Assembly (NCBI GenBank): GCA_963806185.1
Contig: CAWDXE010000001.1
Location: 1,024,001 to 1,088,000, forward strand
Direction of reading: 5' to 3'
Length of the DNA: 64,000 nucleotides
Origin: an uncultured candidate division Zixibacteria bacterium
GTDB lineage: Bacteria > Zixibacteria > MSB-5A5 > GN15 > FEB-12
Shown: piece by piece, positions 36,547 to 47,207 of the stretch
Layout of the letters: every line of letters starts with the position of its first letter
Position numbering within the stretch: the stretch's first letter is position 1
The notes under the pieces: model-generated
Seen by the model: only the letters and a program-made list of their open reading frames with translations
Databases searched by the model: none
Told to the model about the DNA's origin: nothing
Position numbers and translations under genes: made by a program

Positions 36547-38552
36547 CTTGCCTCCTGTGTTCCCTCTTCAATCGTCACCGATTGTATGATGTCACCCTTG
36601 ATGATCTGATCTACCACGTCCATCCCCTCCGTCACCTGTCCGAACACCGTGTAGCGGGCGTCCAGATGCGGCTGCGGCGAATGGGTGATAAAGAACTGCG
36701 ATCCGCCCGTATCCTTGCCGGACGTGGCAATGCCCACCGTACCGCGACGAAACGGCTCGTCGGAATATTCACACCGGATATGGTACCCCGGTCCGCCCCA
36801 CCCGTTGCCGTCCGGATCACCCCCCTGAATGACGAAATTCGGCACCACGCGGTGAAACACCAGCCCGGAATAAAAACCATCCTTGGCCAGGTTGATAAAA
36901 TTCATGACCGTCAACGGCGCCAGATCGAAATACAGATCAAATTTGATGATACCCCGATTGGTCGTGATAATCGCGCGCGGATTCCCCTTTGCGTACCGCT
37001 TGATCGCCGTCTCAATGTCGGCCGTCGAAAACTTCGTCTCGGGAGAGCCCACACCTGCCGTGTGATCGATTTCAAGATAGGTCTTTTCGAGCGCCGCCGC
37101 GTCGCGCCGGTTGATATACTCCGGATCACTCAACCCCAGCGCCAGGATGCGAATGAAAATCGAATCGCGCCGTCCGTCAGCAAGAAACGGCTCTGTCGCG
37201 CCGATGATTGATCGACGCAGGTCCATGTCTGTCGACTTGTCCGCCATCATCTGCTCGAGCTGCGGCAGGTACGGTTCCAGCTTCCCCTGCCCGATGACGT
37301 CCACGGCCGACGCATTCACCAGGTAACTCCGATGTTTCAAGGCCTCATTGATATAGAAATCTGTGTTGGCGGAGTCGAGCTTTAGCAGTTGCTCCAACGC
37401 CGTCGCCGCTACCAACGGGTCGGGGTCGCTAAACAACTTGTTCAGTCGTGGAATGACCCGGGTGGAATTCATCAGGCCAAGCGCTTCGGCCATGGCGGCG
37501 CGTAAGGATGGCTCCGCTTCGACGTGCAGCAGGGAGTCAATCACCGCCACCTGTTCATCGCCGCGCACCGCCGAAAGATACTTGAGCGCCGCGCTGACTG
37601 TGTTCACATTGGCGTCGCCCGTTTCGTACACGCGCGCCATATCCACGCCGAGATCGCTGTTCAACGTCCGCAATGCGTCGAAGATCGCGGAGAGAATGAG
37701 TGGATTTTCTTCGCGTGCCAGTCGGCGCACCAGGTACGCGGCCGCGCCCGGTGTTTTCTTCTGCGCCAGACTCTGGATAGCCTGCGCCACCACGTGGGGA
37801 TTTCCGTCATTGAGCGCAATCGCCAAATACCGCTCCGCGTCGGGGGAACCGGATACGGCTAGTCCGCGGATGGCCAGGCCGCGCGAATATGGATCGGCAT
37901 CGGCGAGAAAATCGACATAAACCGGCGTTCCGGCATCCAGCCCCAGGCGCGCCATAGTAAACAGCCCCGCCAGTTTCACCAGCGTGTCCGGCTCGGTCGG
38001 GATAAAACTCGCCAGCGTGCCTGCCTCTGTTTTGGCCTTGGCATAAAACAGGGCGTAACAGGCGGCGCCGCGCACCTCCGGCGCGGGATGCTTCAGGTAT
38101 TCGGTGATCGTCGCCGCCACCTCGACCATCGAGCTGTCGGCCAGACGGCCGGCCGACATCACCGCCTTCTCCGTCACTTGAGTCGGAGCTTCAAACGTAG
38201 CGTCGAGCAATCGCCGGGCGTAGTCTTTCTGGCCCGTGAGTCCCAGTGCGAATGCAGCAGTCGAGGCGACATCGAGCGACGGATCTTTCAGGAGATCGAA
38301 TAGCTTGTCGGTATCCTTCGCGCCGCCGATCCGCCCGATCGCCAGCGCCGCGCGTGCGCGAACACTTGGATTATCATCCTTGAGCCCGGTCAGCAGGTCC
38401 TTGTTGATCTTTCGGATATCCTCCTGATGGATGATGATCGCCAGCTTCTGCTCGACTGTTTTGGGCTTGAGAGTGAGATACAATACGAAGGCCAGGGCGA
38501 CGACCAGTACAACAATCGCCCCGTTGCGGATAAGCTTAAGTGTGTTTGACAT
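36543..38552 (-). CDS. Membrane-anchored HEAT-repeat + cyclophilin-type peptidyl-prolyl isomerase
   Basis: N-terminal TM; HEAT-PBS repeats (VRARAALAIGRIG); FHRVVPNFVIQGGDP, GSQFFI and HLD..YTVFG. Confidence 0.92.
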   Translation of the reverse strand: MSNTLKLIRNGAIVVLVVALAFVLYLTLKPKTVEQKLAIIIHQEDIRKINKDLLTGLKDDNPSVRARAALAIGRIGGAKDTDKLFDLLKDPSLDVASTAAFALGLTGQKDYARRLLDATFEAPTQVTEKAVMSAGRLADSSMVEVAATITEYLKHPAPEVRGAACYALFYAKAKTEAGTLASFIPTEPDTLVKLAGLFTMARLGLDAGTPVYVDFLADADPYSRGLAIRGLAVSGSPDAERYLAIALNDGNPHVVAQAIQSLAQKKTPGAAAYLVRRLAREENPLILSAIFDALRTLNSDLGVDMARVYETGDANVNTVSAALKYLSAVRGDEQVAVIDSLLHVEAEPSLRAAMAEALGLMNSTRVIPRLNKLFSDPDPLVAATALEQLLKLDSANTDFYINEALKHRSYLVNASAVDVIGQGKLEPYLPQLEQMMADKSTDMDLRRSIIGATEPFLADGRRDSIFIRILALGLSDPEYINRRDAAALEKTYLEIDHTAGVGSPETKFSTADIETAIKRYAKGNPRAIITTNRGIIKFDLYFDLAPLTVMNFINLAKDGFYSGLVFHRVVPNFVIQGGDPDGNGWGGPGYHIRCEYSDEPFRRGTVGIATSGKDTGGSQFFITHSPQPHLDARYTVFGQVTEGMDVVDQIIKGDIIQSVTIEEGTQEAR

Positions 38553-38839
38553 ATGTCCGGAAAATCTACCCTGTCAGGCCGAGTCAGGTCAACATATAAT
38601 GTAAGTGGTTAGGAGCAGTATGGTTGCCTTGTGATGGCGGATAAAGACCCCCCTTAACCGGCTGCACCACTGCGAGATGGAGAGGACTCACTGCATCGAG
38701 GGACGGTCGGATTCTGCACTTCGCCCGCTAATAGTGAACCCCGCGCCAAAAGGTATGGCGAAACTGAAGATTTGGACTATATTTCAAAATACCGATCATA
38801 ATGTCCACCGCTTCACGCGGTTTCCGCAAGGAGTTCTTC

Positions 38840-40376
38840 ATGCGTGCGCTTCGTCTCTTCTCGATACTCTCCCTGGCCGTCTTCGGCCTCATGCTGTCGG
38901 CAAAGGCCGCACCACCGAAGGATTTTATTCGACCGCCCCAACATCGCGCTGCCGCCGTGCTTGACTACGACACGTACATCGATGCCAACCGTATCCTCGC
39001 GTTTGTAAACAATGATGGTTCTCTGTTCACCGACTACGACGGCATGTTCGGCCGGACTGACGGGTTCTACTATCCGTACTATGGGATATCAGGTATCGTG
39101 AACGGTTCAACGGACAACACGGTCATTTACACTGCAGGCCTGTGGATGGGGGGGAAAGTGAACGGCCAGGTGCGGGTTTCGGTGGCTGAATACTATTCTG
39201 AATTTGCAGCAGGTCCGATGATCAACGGTGGCCCGGCTCCTGATTGGGAATCCAAACCTGAGTTTCGTGTGTATTCCCTCCATAGCGATAGCCTTATCGG
39301 ACATCCGAATGCCGATTATCTGAATTGGCCGGTCGATCAAGGTGCCCCACTTGACGGTTCGGGATACCCGCTCGTGATGGGCGATCAGGCAAAGTGGACG
39401 GTGTTCAACGATGCCGATCCATCTTTGCACCAGGGACCTGATGGCGGGACTGATCCGCTTGGCATCGAAGTTCGTCAATACGCTTTCGCCTATGACCGAC
39501 AGGGGATCATGGGCGACGAATTGTTTCTCCAATACACGCTCTACAACCGGGGTGGAAATTACATTGACAGTTTCTACTTTTCTTTTTGGGCTGATCCCGA
39601 TCTTGGCGATCCAACGGATGATCTAATTGGATGTGATTCCGTGACGGGAGATTTTTATTGTTACAACGGCGATAATTCCGATTATCAGTACGGTTCGCAA
39701 CCGCCGGCGTGGGGAGGGAGAGTCGTTGCCGGTCCGGTTGTCCCCTCTTCGGGCAACCAGGCCTACTTCAACATGGATTCGCTGAGCAACCTGCGGAACA
39801 CCAAGGTCTCATCAATTGCCAAGTACATCAACGGGACAGACCCTGCGTCGGCGCAACAGGTCTTTAATTGTATGAAGGGACTCTATGCGAACGGTTCACC
39901 GCACATGTATGGTGGCCTTCCACGGAGGTTCATGTGCTCAGGTGATCCCGTTGCCGGAGTCGGCGATCTCGATGAGAATCCCAGCGATCGGAGAATCATG
40001 GTTACCTGTGGTCCGGTCGTCTTCGCTCCCGGCGACAGTCAGCAAGTCTTCATTAAGTTTGCAGTCATCCAAGGGCTGGATCGGCTAAATTCGCTTCAGG
40101 CTCTTCGCCTTGTGCTAGACTATGGAGAAATTGCCCCTCCAACCTGTTGCCAGGGGACAACCGGCAATGCCGATTGCAATGCTAATGGTGAAGTCGCGAT
40201 CGACGATTTGGTCGCCATGATCAATGTGCTGTTCTTGCTGGAATGAGCCTCAATTCTGTTGTCAGGATGCCGCGAATGTCGATCGCGATCCTTTCAATCA
40301 GATAGACATAAATGACATCACAACTATGGTACGGCACCTCTTCCTCACCTTCGAGCCGCTGCCGGCCTGTCCGTGA
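38840..40376 (+). pseudogene. Secreted protein with C-terminal dockerin-like domain; frameshift near 40238 splits the tail
   Basis: The frame from 38840 ends at TGA 40244-46 midway through the tail; the second half (WNEPQFCCQDAANVDRDPFNQIDINDITTMVRHLFLTFEPLPACP*) is in the +1 frame at 40239-40376. Confidence 0.75.
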
Positions 40377-40434
40377 TCTCTGTAAATGATAGGGGAGAAA
40401 TGAAAGCGCGGTGAGACCTCATCGCGCTTTTCGT

Positions 40435-41157
40435 TTAACTGCCGTCCTGGCCTTCGACCAGCATCATCAGGTCCTTCACGAGGATCGGTTCTACCGCGTA
40501 GAACCCCTGGCCATACGTGCAGCGAGCCTGCATGCCGAACGATCGCGCCATCGCGGACAGATGCTCGATATAATCGCGCTTCTTCTCCGGATTGAGAAAC
40601 TGCGATCGATGCGCCGAAAGCGCGGCCACCCACTGGTCAAAATGCGGTGTGATATCCACCACGAAATTCGGATAGACCTGCGGTGGCAGGAAGTAGTGGA
40701 AAATCCGCGACACCAAATGCGATTCACCGTCAATCTGAATCTTCTTTAACGCCGCCAGATTACACGCATTGATGGTGATCACTCCGCAGGCCACGTGGTC
40801 CGGATGCGACTGCCGCCGACCGTGCCCGACATGCGGATACGGCGCCAGCACGATGCGCGGTTTTGTCGTGCGTATGATCCGCGCAATCCCCAGGCGTTTG
40901 TCGTAACTATCTTCCAGCCGCGTGTCGCCCCAATCAAAGGTGGCTACAATGTCGACCCCTAAGACGTTGGCGGCATCCTTTACTTCCTGAGCCCGAATCT
41001 CGGCCGTGCCGCCGGTTCCCATCTCCCCCTGAGTCATGATCACAATACCGCACTTGTACCCGCGCTTAGCCAGATCGATGAGCACGCCGCCCGTGCCCAC
41101 TTCGACGTCGTCGGGATGCGCGCCGATTGACAGGATATCGTAAGTTGGTTGTTCCAT
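40435..41157 (-). CDS. bshB1: PIG-L family deacetylase, BshB1-like (bacillithiol biosynthesis)
   Basis: AHPDDVE, GEMGT.G..E.R..E, HPDH, FVVDIT and HRSQF. Confidence 0.78.
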   Translation of the reverse strand: MEQPTYDILSIGAHPDDVEVGTGGVLIDLAKRGYKCGIVIMTQGEMGTGGTAEIRAQEVKDAANVLGVDIVATFDWGDTRLEDSYDKRLGIARIIRTTKPRIVLAPYPHVGHGRRQSHPDHVACGVITINACNLAALKKIQIDGESHLVSRIFHYFLPPQVYPNFVVDITPHFDQWVAALSAHRSQFLNPEKKRDYIEHLSAMARSFGMQARCTYGQGFYAVEPILVKDLMMLVEGQDGS

Positions 41158-41169
41158 AGGCTGTTAAAC

Positions 41170-41206
41170 AAAAACGCCCGGAAGCTGGTGCCTCCGGGCG
41201 TCGAAA
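41170..41206 (-). terminator. Intrinsic terminator after the esterase-fold lipoprotein gene
   Basis: Minus strand ACGCCCGGAG...TTCCGGGCGT followed by TTTTGTTT. Confidence 0.75.
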
Positions 41207-41216
41207 AATCCGCGAA

Positions 41217-42476
41217 TTATTCAGTCGCTTTGAAGCGATCTGAGTGGAACTTAAGCATCTTTCTTAGTACGTCATACAAATACGGATTGCTGCCGGTCGG
41301 CCCACCCGGGTAGGCATCGTAGTCGAATTCCTCGACCGTCAGGCCGTGGGTACTCCGTAGCGTTTGAATCCATGACTGGGTCATCGGATAGTAGTTGAAC
41401 GGTGCCGAAGGACTGCTGGCGATGAAGATCCTGGTGTTGGCCAGCGGATCGGCTCCGGCTGCGGCGTACAACGAATCCAGACTGTTCGACAGCCACAACG
41501 GCCAGACAACCGGACTGGCGTCGCCTGCTTGATCGAACGGCAGGTGGAAATCCAGATCGCGTTGATCGGGTTTTACGATATCCCTGATGAGCGTCGTGCT
41601 GTCGGTAATGATATCCGACGTATCGACGATCGTGATGATGGCTGTAGAGTCGCCGGAAATCGCGCGCAGGAAACTGACTGTCAAATTGTGCGGGCTAAAG
41701 GCCAGCGAGCCGCCGATGAAAAGGCGCGAGAGCGGATAGGCGCTGGAACTGTCGAAATGCGCCCGGAAATAGGCGTTGCTCGAATCGAGAAGATTCTGCT
41801 CCTGAAGCGCCTGGGTAAACAACGGTATCAGACCGCTATTGCCGTCTGCCCCGTCGAAATCAAGAGGCCCGTCCACCGCGGATACCGAACCAAATGTTCC
41901 GGGATGCTTGAGCGCCGCGCGAAACGCACCATAGGCGCCCGTGCCGACGCCGCCGATGCCGATCTTCTTCATGTCGGATATTATTGTGGCCGGAATGCGC
42001 GTGCCAAGATACTCCGTGATCAAACGGTCACCGATGATGCCGTCGTACTTGCCGGCTGGAGCGCTGTTGCCGTAGAAGTAGGTGCCGAAGACCGGGTCAT
42101 TCGTCACACAATGAATGATCATCGGCTCAATCTCGCCGTCGGCGATCATCCGCTCCGCCAGCCGAAACAGACCGTGCTCCCAATAGTAATACTGCGAGCC
42201 GCCCTCGGGAGCCAGAAGCACCAGCACCGGCACGGGGCGTCCTTCGCCCGTCGGAACCGGCATGGCTACCTTGGGTATATAGGTCGTACCCAGCAGCAAT
42301 TCCGTCGGATTCTTCAGTTGCAGCGACAGCAGGGTGTCGTACGAGTGATTGCTGTTCGGAAACAGCCCCCACTCCGTGACACTCGCCGTCGGTATTCCCG
42401 TTCCCCGATCATCACAGCCGAAGAACACGGCCAGCGCCGCCAGAATCGTAATTCCTGTCAATATATATTTGCGCAT
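41217..42476 (-). CDS. Lipoprotein with esterase (alpha/beta-hydrolase) fold lacking the catalytic Ser
   Basis: Lipobox VFFG-C; PVLVLL, GEIEPMII, IGIGGVGTGAYGA (GxSxG position is Gly) and ALKHPGTFGSV. Confidence 0.75.
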   Translation of the reverse strand: MRKYILTGITILAALAVFFGCDDRGTGIPTASVTEWGLFPNSNHSYDTLLSLQLKNPTELLLGTTYIPKVAMPVPTGEGRPVPVLVLLAPEGGSQYYYWEHGLFRLAERMIADGEIEPMIIHCVTNDPVFGTYFYGNSAPAGKYDGIIGDRLITEYLGTRIPATIISDMKKIGIGGVGTGAYGAFRAALKHPGTFGSVSAVDGPLDFDGADGNSGLIPLFTQALQEQNLLDSSNAYFRAHFDSSSAYPLSRLFIGGSLAFSPHNLTVSFLRAISGDSTAIITIVDTSDIITDSTTLIRDIVKPDQRDLDFHLPFDQAGDASPVVWPLWLSNSLDSLYAAAGADPLANTRIFIASSPSAPFNYYPMTQSWIQTLRSTHGLTVEEFDYDAYPGGPTGSNPYLYDVLRKMLKFHSDRFKATE

Positions 42477-42488
42477 TGCCTGTCTCTC

Positions 42489-43964
42489 CTAGAACCGGTA
42501 GTTGAACGAGAGGGTAGTCTCGTACGTGGCAGCTTTATAGTCTCCGGGGAAACTGTCCCCGACTCCGTCACCATTGAGGTCAATCACCTGCGCCACCGAC
42601 TTGTCCGGATACGAGGTGTAGCCGCTGACAATTCCCAGATCCCAGCGCTCAATGTGGAACATGGCTCCCAGGTTGAATCCGGTCTTGTTGCCGATATCTG
42701 CAAACTGAGGCACCAGATCATTGTCATTCTTGTTAACCTTCTGGTCGATGAAACCGCCGGCCAGCAGAGTCATCGCCGTCAGCGCGTCGTACTTTACGCC
42801 CAGCATGATCTTGCCCGCGTTGTCCCACTCCACCGGTCTCGAAATATCCGTCTCGAAATAACCACTCACCGCACTCCCGCCCGACGGAAGCGTCGAGTAC
42901 GTCGAATACGTGAAATCAAAGCCTTCAAACTGCGACCAGAGTGTATACTCGGCATCCAGCGCCGCGTACAACTTCGGCGTCAACTGATAACCGATTCCTA
43001 CGCCGAATGACGGCGGCAACTTCAGATCAGTTTCCACGTCGGCGTTCATCTTGACAAGGTCACCGCCCGTAAACAGATATTCCGCCGTTCCCGGCAGATA
43101 ATTGTCATGCAGGTACCCGTTGTACGGCATCAAGAAGCTCCGGCCGGCCTGCCCTTTGAGACCGATCTTAAACGGCACGCGAATATTCGCCGCCAGATTC
43201 AGCTTCTCACTCTGCTTGAGCAGCAGCCCCGCGTTAATTCCAAAACCCCAGCCGTCGAGCTCGTTGATCGTGAATTCCGGAATCTGATCGTACGGCCGAT
43301 CACTTAGCGGCGCACCCAGCGGGTTTGGACGAAACGTCAGATCGTTAAACATGAGGTCTCCCCGCAACAGCTGCAGGCCGAGTCCCAGCGAGAGCTTCTT
43401 GGGAATGAACTCCCGGGCGATCGTGAGCTGGAATGCGACCACGTCGAGATTGCTCGCGTACTGATTTGTAGGCAACTCCGACGACTTTTGATTGTACGCC
43501 GGCAGCATGACGCGTGGGTCGTACAGCTTCCAGTCGATCTGGTAATCAAACGGCTGATAAATCGAGAAGCCGAGTACCGCCTCACCCCAGTATGGGGTCT
43601 TCAACACGGTACCAGCAGCCGGCTTGTTCAAGATGGCGTGGGCGTTGTTGATAGCGTACCCGTTGAGAATGCCGTTTGCGTACTGGTTCCCGAACTGATC
43701 GGAATTGGAATAGTTCGGTGTCAACTCGTTGCGGAAATGAATGAATGCGATGTTGGCCCCCAACTGATTGTCGGGCATCCAGGCCAGCCCCGCCGGATTG
43801 TAATACATCGCCGTCCAGTCATTGGCGATCGTTCGAAATGCGCCGCCCATGCCGCGCGCAGTTGTACCCACTCCGGTGTTTTCAAAGCCGGCGGCGAATA
43901 CTACCGTTGCCGCCAGCGTCACGACCAGTAGTAGGGTGACGGTGCGTGTGACAAACCCCATCAT
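42489..43964 (-). CDS. FadL/OmpP1/TodX family outer-membrane transporter
   Basis: AGFE...G..ARGMGGA...AND.TA.YYNPAGL hatch motif; WSQF and terminal YRF. Confidence 0.9.
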   Translation of the reverse strand: MMGFVTRTVTLLLVVTLAATVVFAAGFENTGVGTTARGMGGAFRTIANDWTAMYYNPAGLAWMPDNQLGANIAFIHFRNELTPNYSNSDQFGNQYANGILNGYAINNAHAILNKPAAGTVLKTPYWGEAVLGFSIYQPFDYQIDWKLYDPRVMLPAYNQKSSELPTNQYASNLDVVAFQLTIAREFIPKKLSLGLGLQLLRGDLMFNDLTFRPNPLGAPLSDRPYDQIPEFTINELDGWGFGINAGLLLKQSEKLNLAANIRVPFKIGLKGQAGRSFLMPYNGYLHDNYLPGTAEYLFTGGDLVKMNADVETDLKLPPSFGVGIGYQLTPKLYAALDAEYTLWSQFEGFDFTYSTYSTLPSGGSAVSGYFETDISRPVEWDNAGKIMLGVKYDALTAMTLLAGGFIDQKVNKNDNDLVPQFADIGNKTGFNLGAMFHIERWDLGIVSGYTSYPDKSVAQVIDLNGDGVGDSFPGDYKAATYETTLSFNYRF

Positions 43965-44123
43965 GTACTCCGTAATATGTAAATGAATATACCAATTCGC
44001 TCATTAACTCCGGGGATAGGTCCGACAGGCGGCGAGGATCAGCCTGTCAAATATGCGTGAACAACCCTTCCCTTTCACCTAAGACGCTCCAACCCAACAG
44101 TTCACCCAAACAAATGGACAGGC

Positions 44124-44152
44124 AAAGTAGCGAACCCCGCGCATACTGTCAA
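44124..44152 (-). promoter_or_regulatory. Sigma70-type promoter for the fadL-like operon
   Basis: Minus strand TTGACA-17-TACTTT. Confidence 0.65.
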
Positions 44153-44515
44153 GTGTCAGAAACAAAATAGGTTGGACTCGTCGGTCCTCATTGCCATGTC
44201 GCCTCCAGAGGGAATTATTCATCATCCAATGACTGTACCAACACCCCTTCTCCATCCCCCCCGTCAGCTCGAAAAAAATGTGCGTGATCTCAAACCAATT
44301 GCTCCCAAAACGGTTACCGGCCTGATTCGACCGGCGACAATCAGGTCATTCTTCCTCTCGAAATGTCACTGATTTAAAAACCGACGTTGGGGAATTTTAT
44401 TCCCGAGCGATATGGTGGATATTTCCCTGAAGTTGCGCCGATACTTCCCCTTCCCCTGCCGACCAACCCCGGTAACACATTTAAGATCAATGGATTAGTT
44501 GAGATACCGCCGGCA

Positions 44516-44531
44516 TGGCACCAGGCTTGCA
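44516..44531 (+). promoter_or_regulatory. Sigma54 (-24/-12) promoter 1
   Basis: TGGCAC-CAGGC-TTGCA is a perfect consensus match; IHF-like GATCAATGGATTA at 44485-44497. Confidence 0.85.
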
Positions 44532-44603
44532 ATAGTCGTCGGTGCGATCAGGAGGATCGCCCGAAAAACGACTACGACTGCAAACTACCATAGGAAGGTG
44601 AGT

Positions 44604-46946
44604 ATGCGCAAAGTCCTGTTCTTTATCATACTGGTCATTGTACTGGTATCGCTAAACTGGTTTCACAATGTCTTCGCCGACGATGCCATACCGGCCGGTG
44701 TGAATCTGGGCGACATTCAATTGAGTGACGCGCAGAAGGAGGCTCTTCTTAAGCGTTCGGCGGGCACATCCCCCGTCCAGAATCGACCATATACCACACC
44801 CAGACTTTACGATTCGTCGTCGGCTCCCCGCTTGCCCCAACCTGTTGACACCACGGCTGACAGCACGCTGACGGCCACGGCACGCGAACTGGTTCCGTTT
44901 GAGGATCTTAAACCGTTCGGGATAGAACTTTTCGCGGCACCGCACGAATCCACCCCACCCGAGGATATCGCTTCCTCCAGTGACTATCTCGTCGGACCGG
45001 GCGACAATATCGTCGTGTCACTCTGGGGTCGAGTGGAGAATGAATTCACGCTGACAGTTGATCGGGAAGGCAAAGTGTTCATTCCGAAGGTTGGCCAGAT
45101 TGTCGTCTGGGGCAAAACCCTCGATCAATGCCGAACCGCTTTTCAACAGCGTTTCAGCGCCGTCTACTCAGAATTTCAGCTCAACGTCTCATTGGGCAAA
45201 ATTCGATCGATCCGACTGTACTTGACCGGAGAGGTCCGTCGCCCCGGAGCCTACAGTGTATCATCCCTCACCTCCCTGTTTAATGCGCTCTACCTGGCCG
45301 GAGGTCCGACTGAAAACGGCTCGATGCGTGACATTCGCCTGATGCGTCGGGGGACGGCCATCACCACGGTTGATCTCTACAAATTCCTGTTGGAGGGTGA
45401 CAATTCCAGTGACGTCCGTCTCGAATCGGGCGATGCCATCTTTGTGCCTGTCGCCGGCGCGCGCGTGGCAATTCGCGGCCAGATTCGTCGCCCCGCTATT
45501 TACGAATTGAAACAGAATGAAACCGCCGGCGAACTGCTCTTGCTCGCCGGACGGCCGACCCCGGAGGCGTATCTGGGGCGCGTCATGCTGGAACGCGTCT
45601 CGGATCGCGATCAATGGGAGGTGGTCGATCTCAATCTGGAACCCGCCTCTACCGATGCCGGCTCCTGCCAGCCGATGAAAGACGGCGACCGGATGACCGT
45701 GTTTTCCATCTTTCAGGCCAACCAGAATCGGGTGGCCATATTCGGCATGGTCAAACATCCCGGCTATTACGAGCGTACCGATACCACCCGCATTGCCGAT
45801 ATCCTGGCCCGTGGCCAGTTGCAGGAATACGACGTCTTTTATCAACGGGCCAATCTGTTCCGACGGCATTCGGACTGGCGTACCGAGGTCATCTCGGTCG
45901 ATCTGCGCGCCGTGCTCAACGGCGACTCGACCCAGAATCTGATCCTGCAACGGCGCGACTCGCTCCACGTCTACAGCATGGACGAAATTACATGGAAAAA
46001 ACTGGTCAAGATCGAGGGCGAAGTGAACCGCCCCGGCGAATATCCGCTGTACGATCAGATGACGGTCAAGGATCTGGTCTTCCTGGCCGGCTCGTTCACC
46101 CGAAGCGCGTCATTGTTGCGTGCCGAAGTCGCGCGCATCGACACCGCCAGCCAGGTGAATATTCAGTATATCGATCTTGGTGATGATTCGGCCATGGCTA
46201 CCGTGCTGGACGAAGAAGATCACGTCTACATTCGTCGCATTCCGCAGTGGCAATTGCATCGCACCGTGACGATCACCGGCGAGGTCAATTACCCCGGCGA
46301 GTACATGATGTCCAACCGTCAGGAAACACTCTATGATCTGCTCACGCGCTCGGGGGGCTTTACGGAAAGCGCCTTCCCGCGCGGCACGATCTTCCGCCGT
46401 AAATCGATTGGCGACGTCATCAACCGGTCCGGCATTCAGTCGGTGCTCGCGAAATCAAGCCCCATGACTCAGGACTCCACCGGGAAGATCACGCGCACGG
46501 TGCATTTCGATATCGAACCAGCCGCGCTCAGCCGCATGGTCATCGACATGGACAAGATCGAAGCCTCGCGCGGGCAGTTTGGTAATATCGTTCTTGAACC
46601 GGGCGACAGTATTCATGTCCCATCGCTCCCGTCCGGAATCACCGTGATGGGAGCCGTCGGCGCCAACGGTACCATCAAATACCTCGAAGATCAAAACGTG
46701 AAATATTACGTCAACCGGGCCGGCAATTTTGCCTTACAGGCGGACAAGAAGCAGACTCGCCTGATCAAAGCCAATGGCCTCGTCTATTCGGGTGGCGGCG
46801 TCCTCGGCAAACACGTCGATCTCGGTGATATCATCGTCGTGCCGACCAAGGTTGAAAAAGATCACGACTGGACCAAGTCACTCACCGCCATACTGGGCAT
46901 AACCACCAGTGCGCTCACTACGGCGCTACTGATTACCAAGCTCTAG
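44604..46946 (+). CDS. Polysaccharide export outer-membrane protein with multiple SLBB domains (Wza/KpsD-like)
   Basis: PFG.ELF, DYLVGPGD, VDREG.VFIP.VG and repeated GEV..PG.Y SLBB units; SD AGGAAGG. Confidence 0.9.
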   Translation: MRKVLFFIILVIVLVSLNWFHNVFADDAIPAGVNLGDIQLSDAQKEALLKRSAGTSPVQNRPYTTPRLYDSSSAPRLPQPVDTTADSTLTATARELVPFEDLKPFGIELFAAPHESTPPEDIASSSDYLVGPGDNIVVSLWGRVENEFTLTVDREGKVFIPKVGQIVVWGKTLDQCRTAFQQRFSAVYSEFQLNVSLGKIRSIRLYLTGEVRRPGAYSVSSLTSLFNALYLAGGPTENGSMRDIRLMRRGTAITTVDLYKFLLEGDNSSDVRLESGDAIFVPVAGARVAIRGQIRRPAIYELKQNETAGELLLLAGRPTPEAYLGRVMLERVSDRDQWEVVDLNLEPASTDAGSCQPMKDGDRMTVFSIFQANQNRVAIFGMVKHPGYYERTDTTRIADILARGQLQEYDVFYQRANLFRRHSDWRTEVISVDLRAVLNGDSTQNLILQRRDSLHVYSMDEITWKKLVKIEGEVNRPGEYPLYDQMTVKDLVFLAGSFTRSASLLRAEVARIDTASQVNIQYIDLGDDSAMATVLDEEDHVYIRRIPQWQLHRTVTITGEVNYPGEYMMSNRQETLYDLLTRSGGFTESAFPRGTIFRRKSIGDVINRSGIQSVLAKSSPMTQDSTGKITRTVHFDIEPAALSRMVIDMDKIEASRGQFGNIVLEPGDSIHVPSLPSGITVMGAVGANGTIKYLEDQNVKYYVNRAGNFALQADKKQTRLIKANGLVYSGGGVLGKHVDLGDIIVVPTKVEKDHDWTKSLTAILGITTSALTTALLITKL

Positions 46947-47157
46947 CCAGACTCTCTTTCATTCTCACCTTCCTAACGGCCGTCGATCACGGGAAACCGG
47001 GATCGACGGTTTAATCATGGGGCTGGAAATATCTTCCCGCCCGAACGGAAACCAAGGCCCCACACAGTCCGAAAAACGCCCCACCGGCAACGCCCGCCAC
47101 ACACTTAAGCACAATAAACCCAACAACTTAAATAATACTTGCCGCCGCGGCCGAGGC

Positions 47158-47173
47158 TGGCACCCCGCTTGCA
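47158..47173 (+). promoter_or_regulatory. Sigma54 (-24/-12) promoter 2
   Basis: TGGCAC-CCCGC-TTGCA is a perfect consensus match; AT-rich IHF-like CAACAACTTA tract at 47121-47130. Confidence 0.85.
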
Positions 47174-47207
47174 AAACAGTAGCCAGACATAGGAAGGATG
47201 AATTACC

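Noticed and set aside
44170..44500. Replication origin at the switch from mostly minus- to mostly plus-strand genes
   Set aside because: No clustered DnaA boxes or unwinding element; the region is explained by divergent sigma70 and sigma54 promoters.
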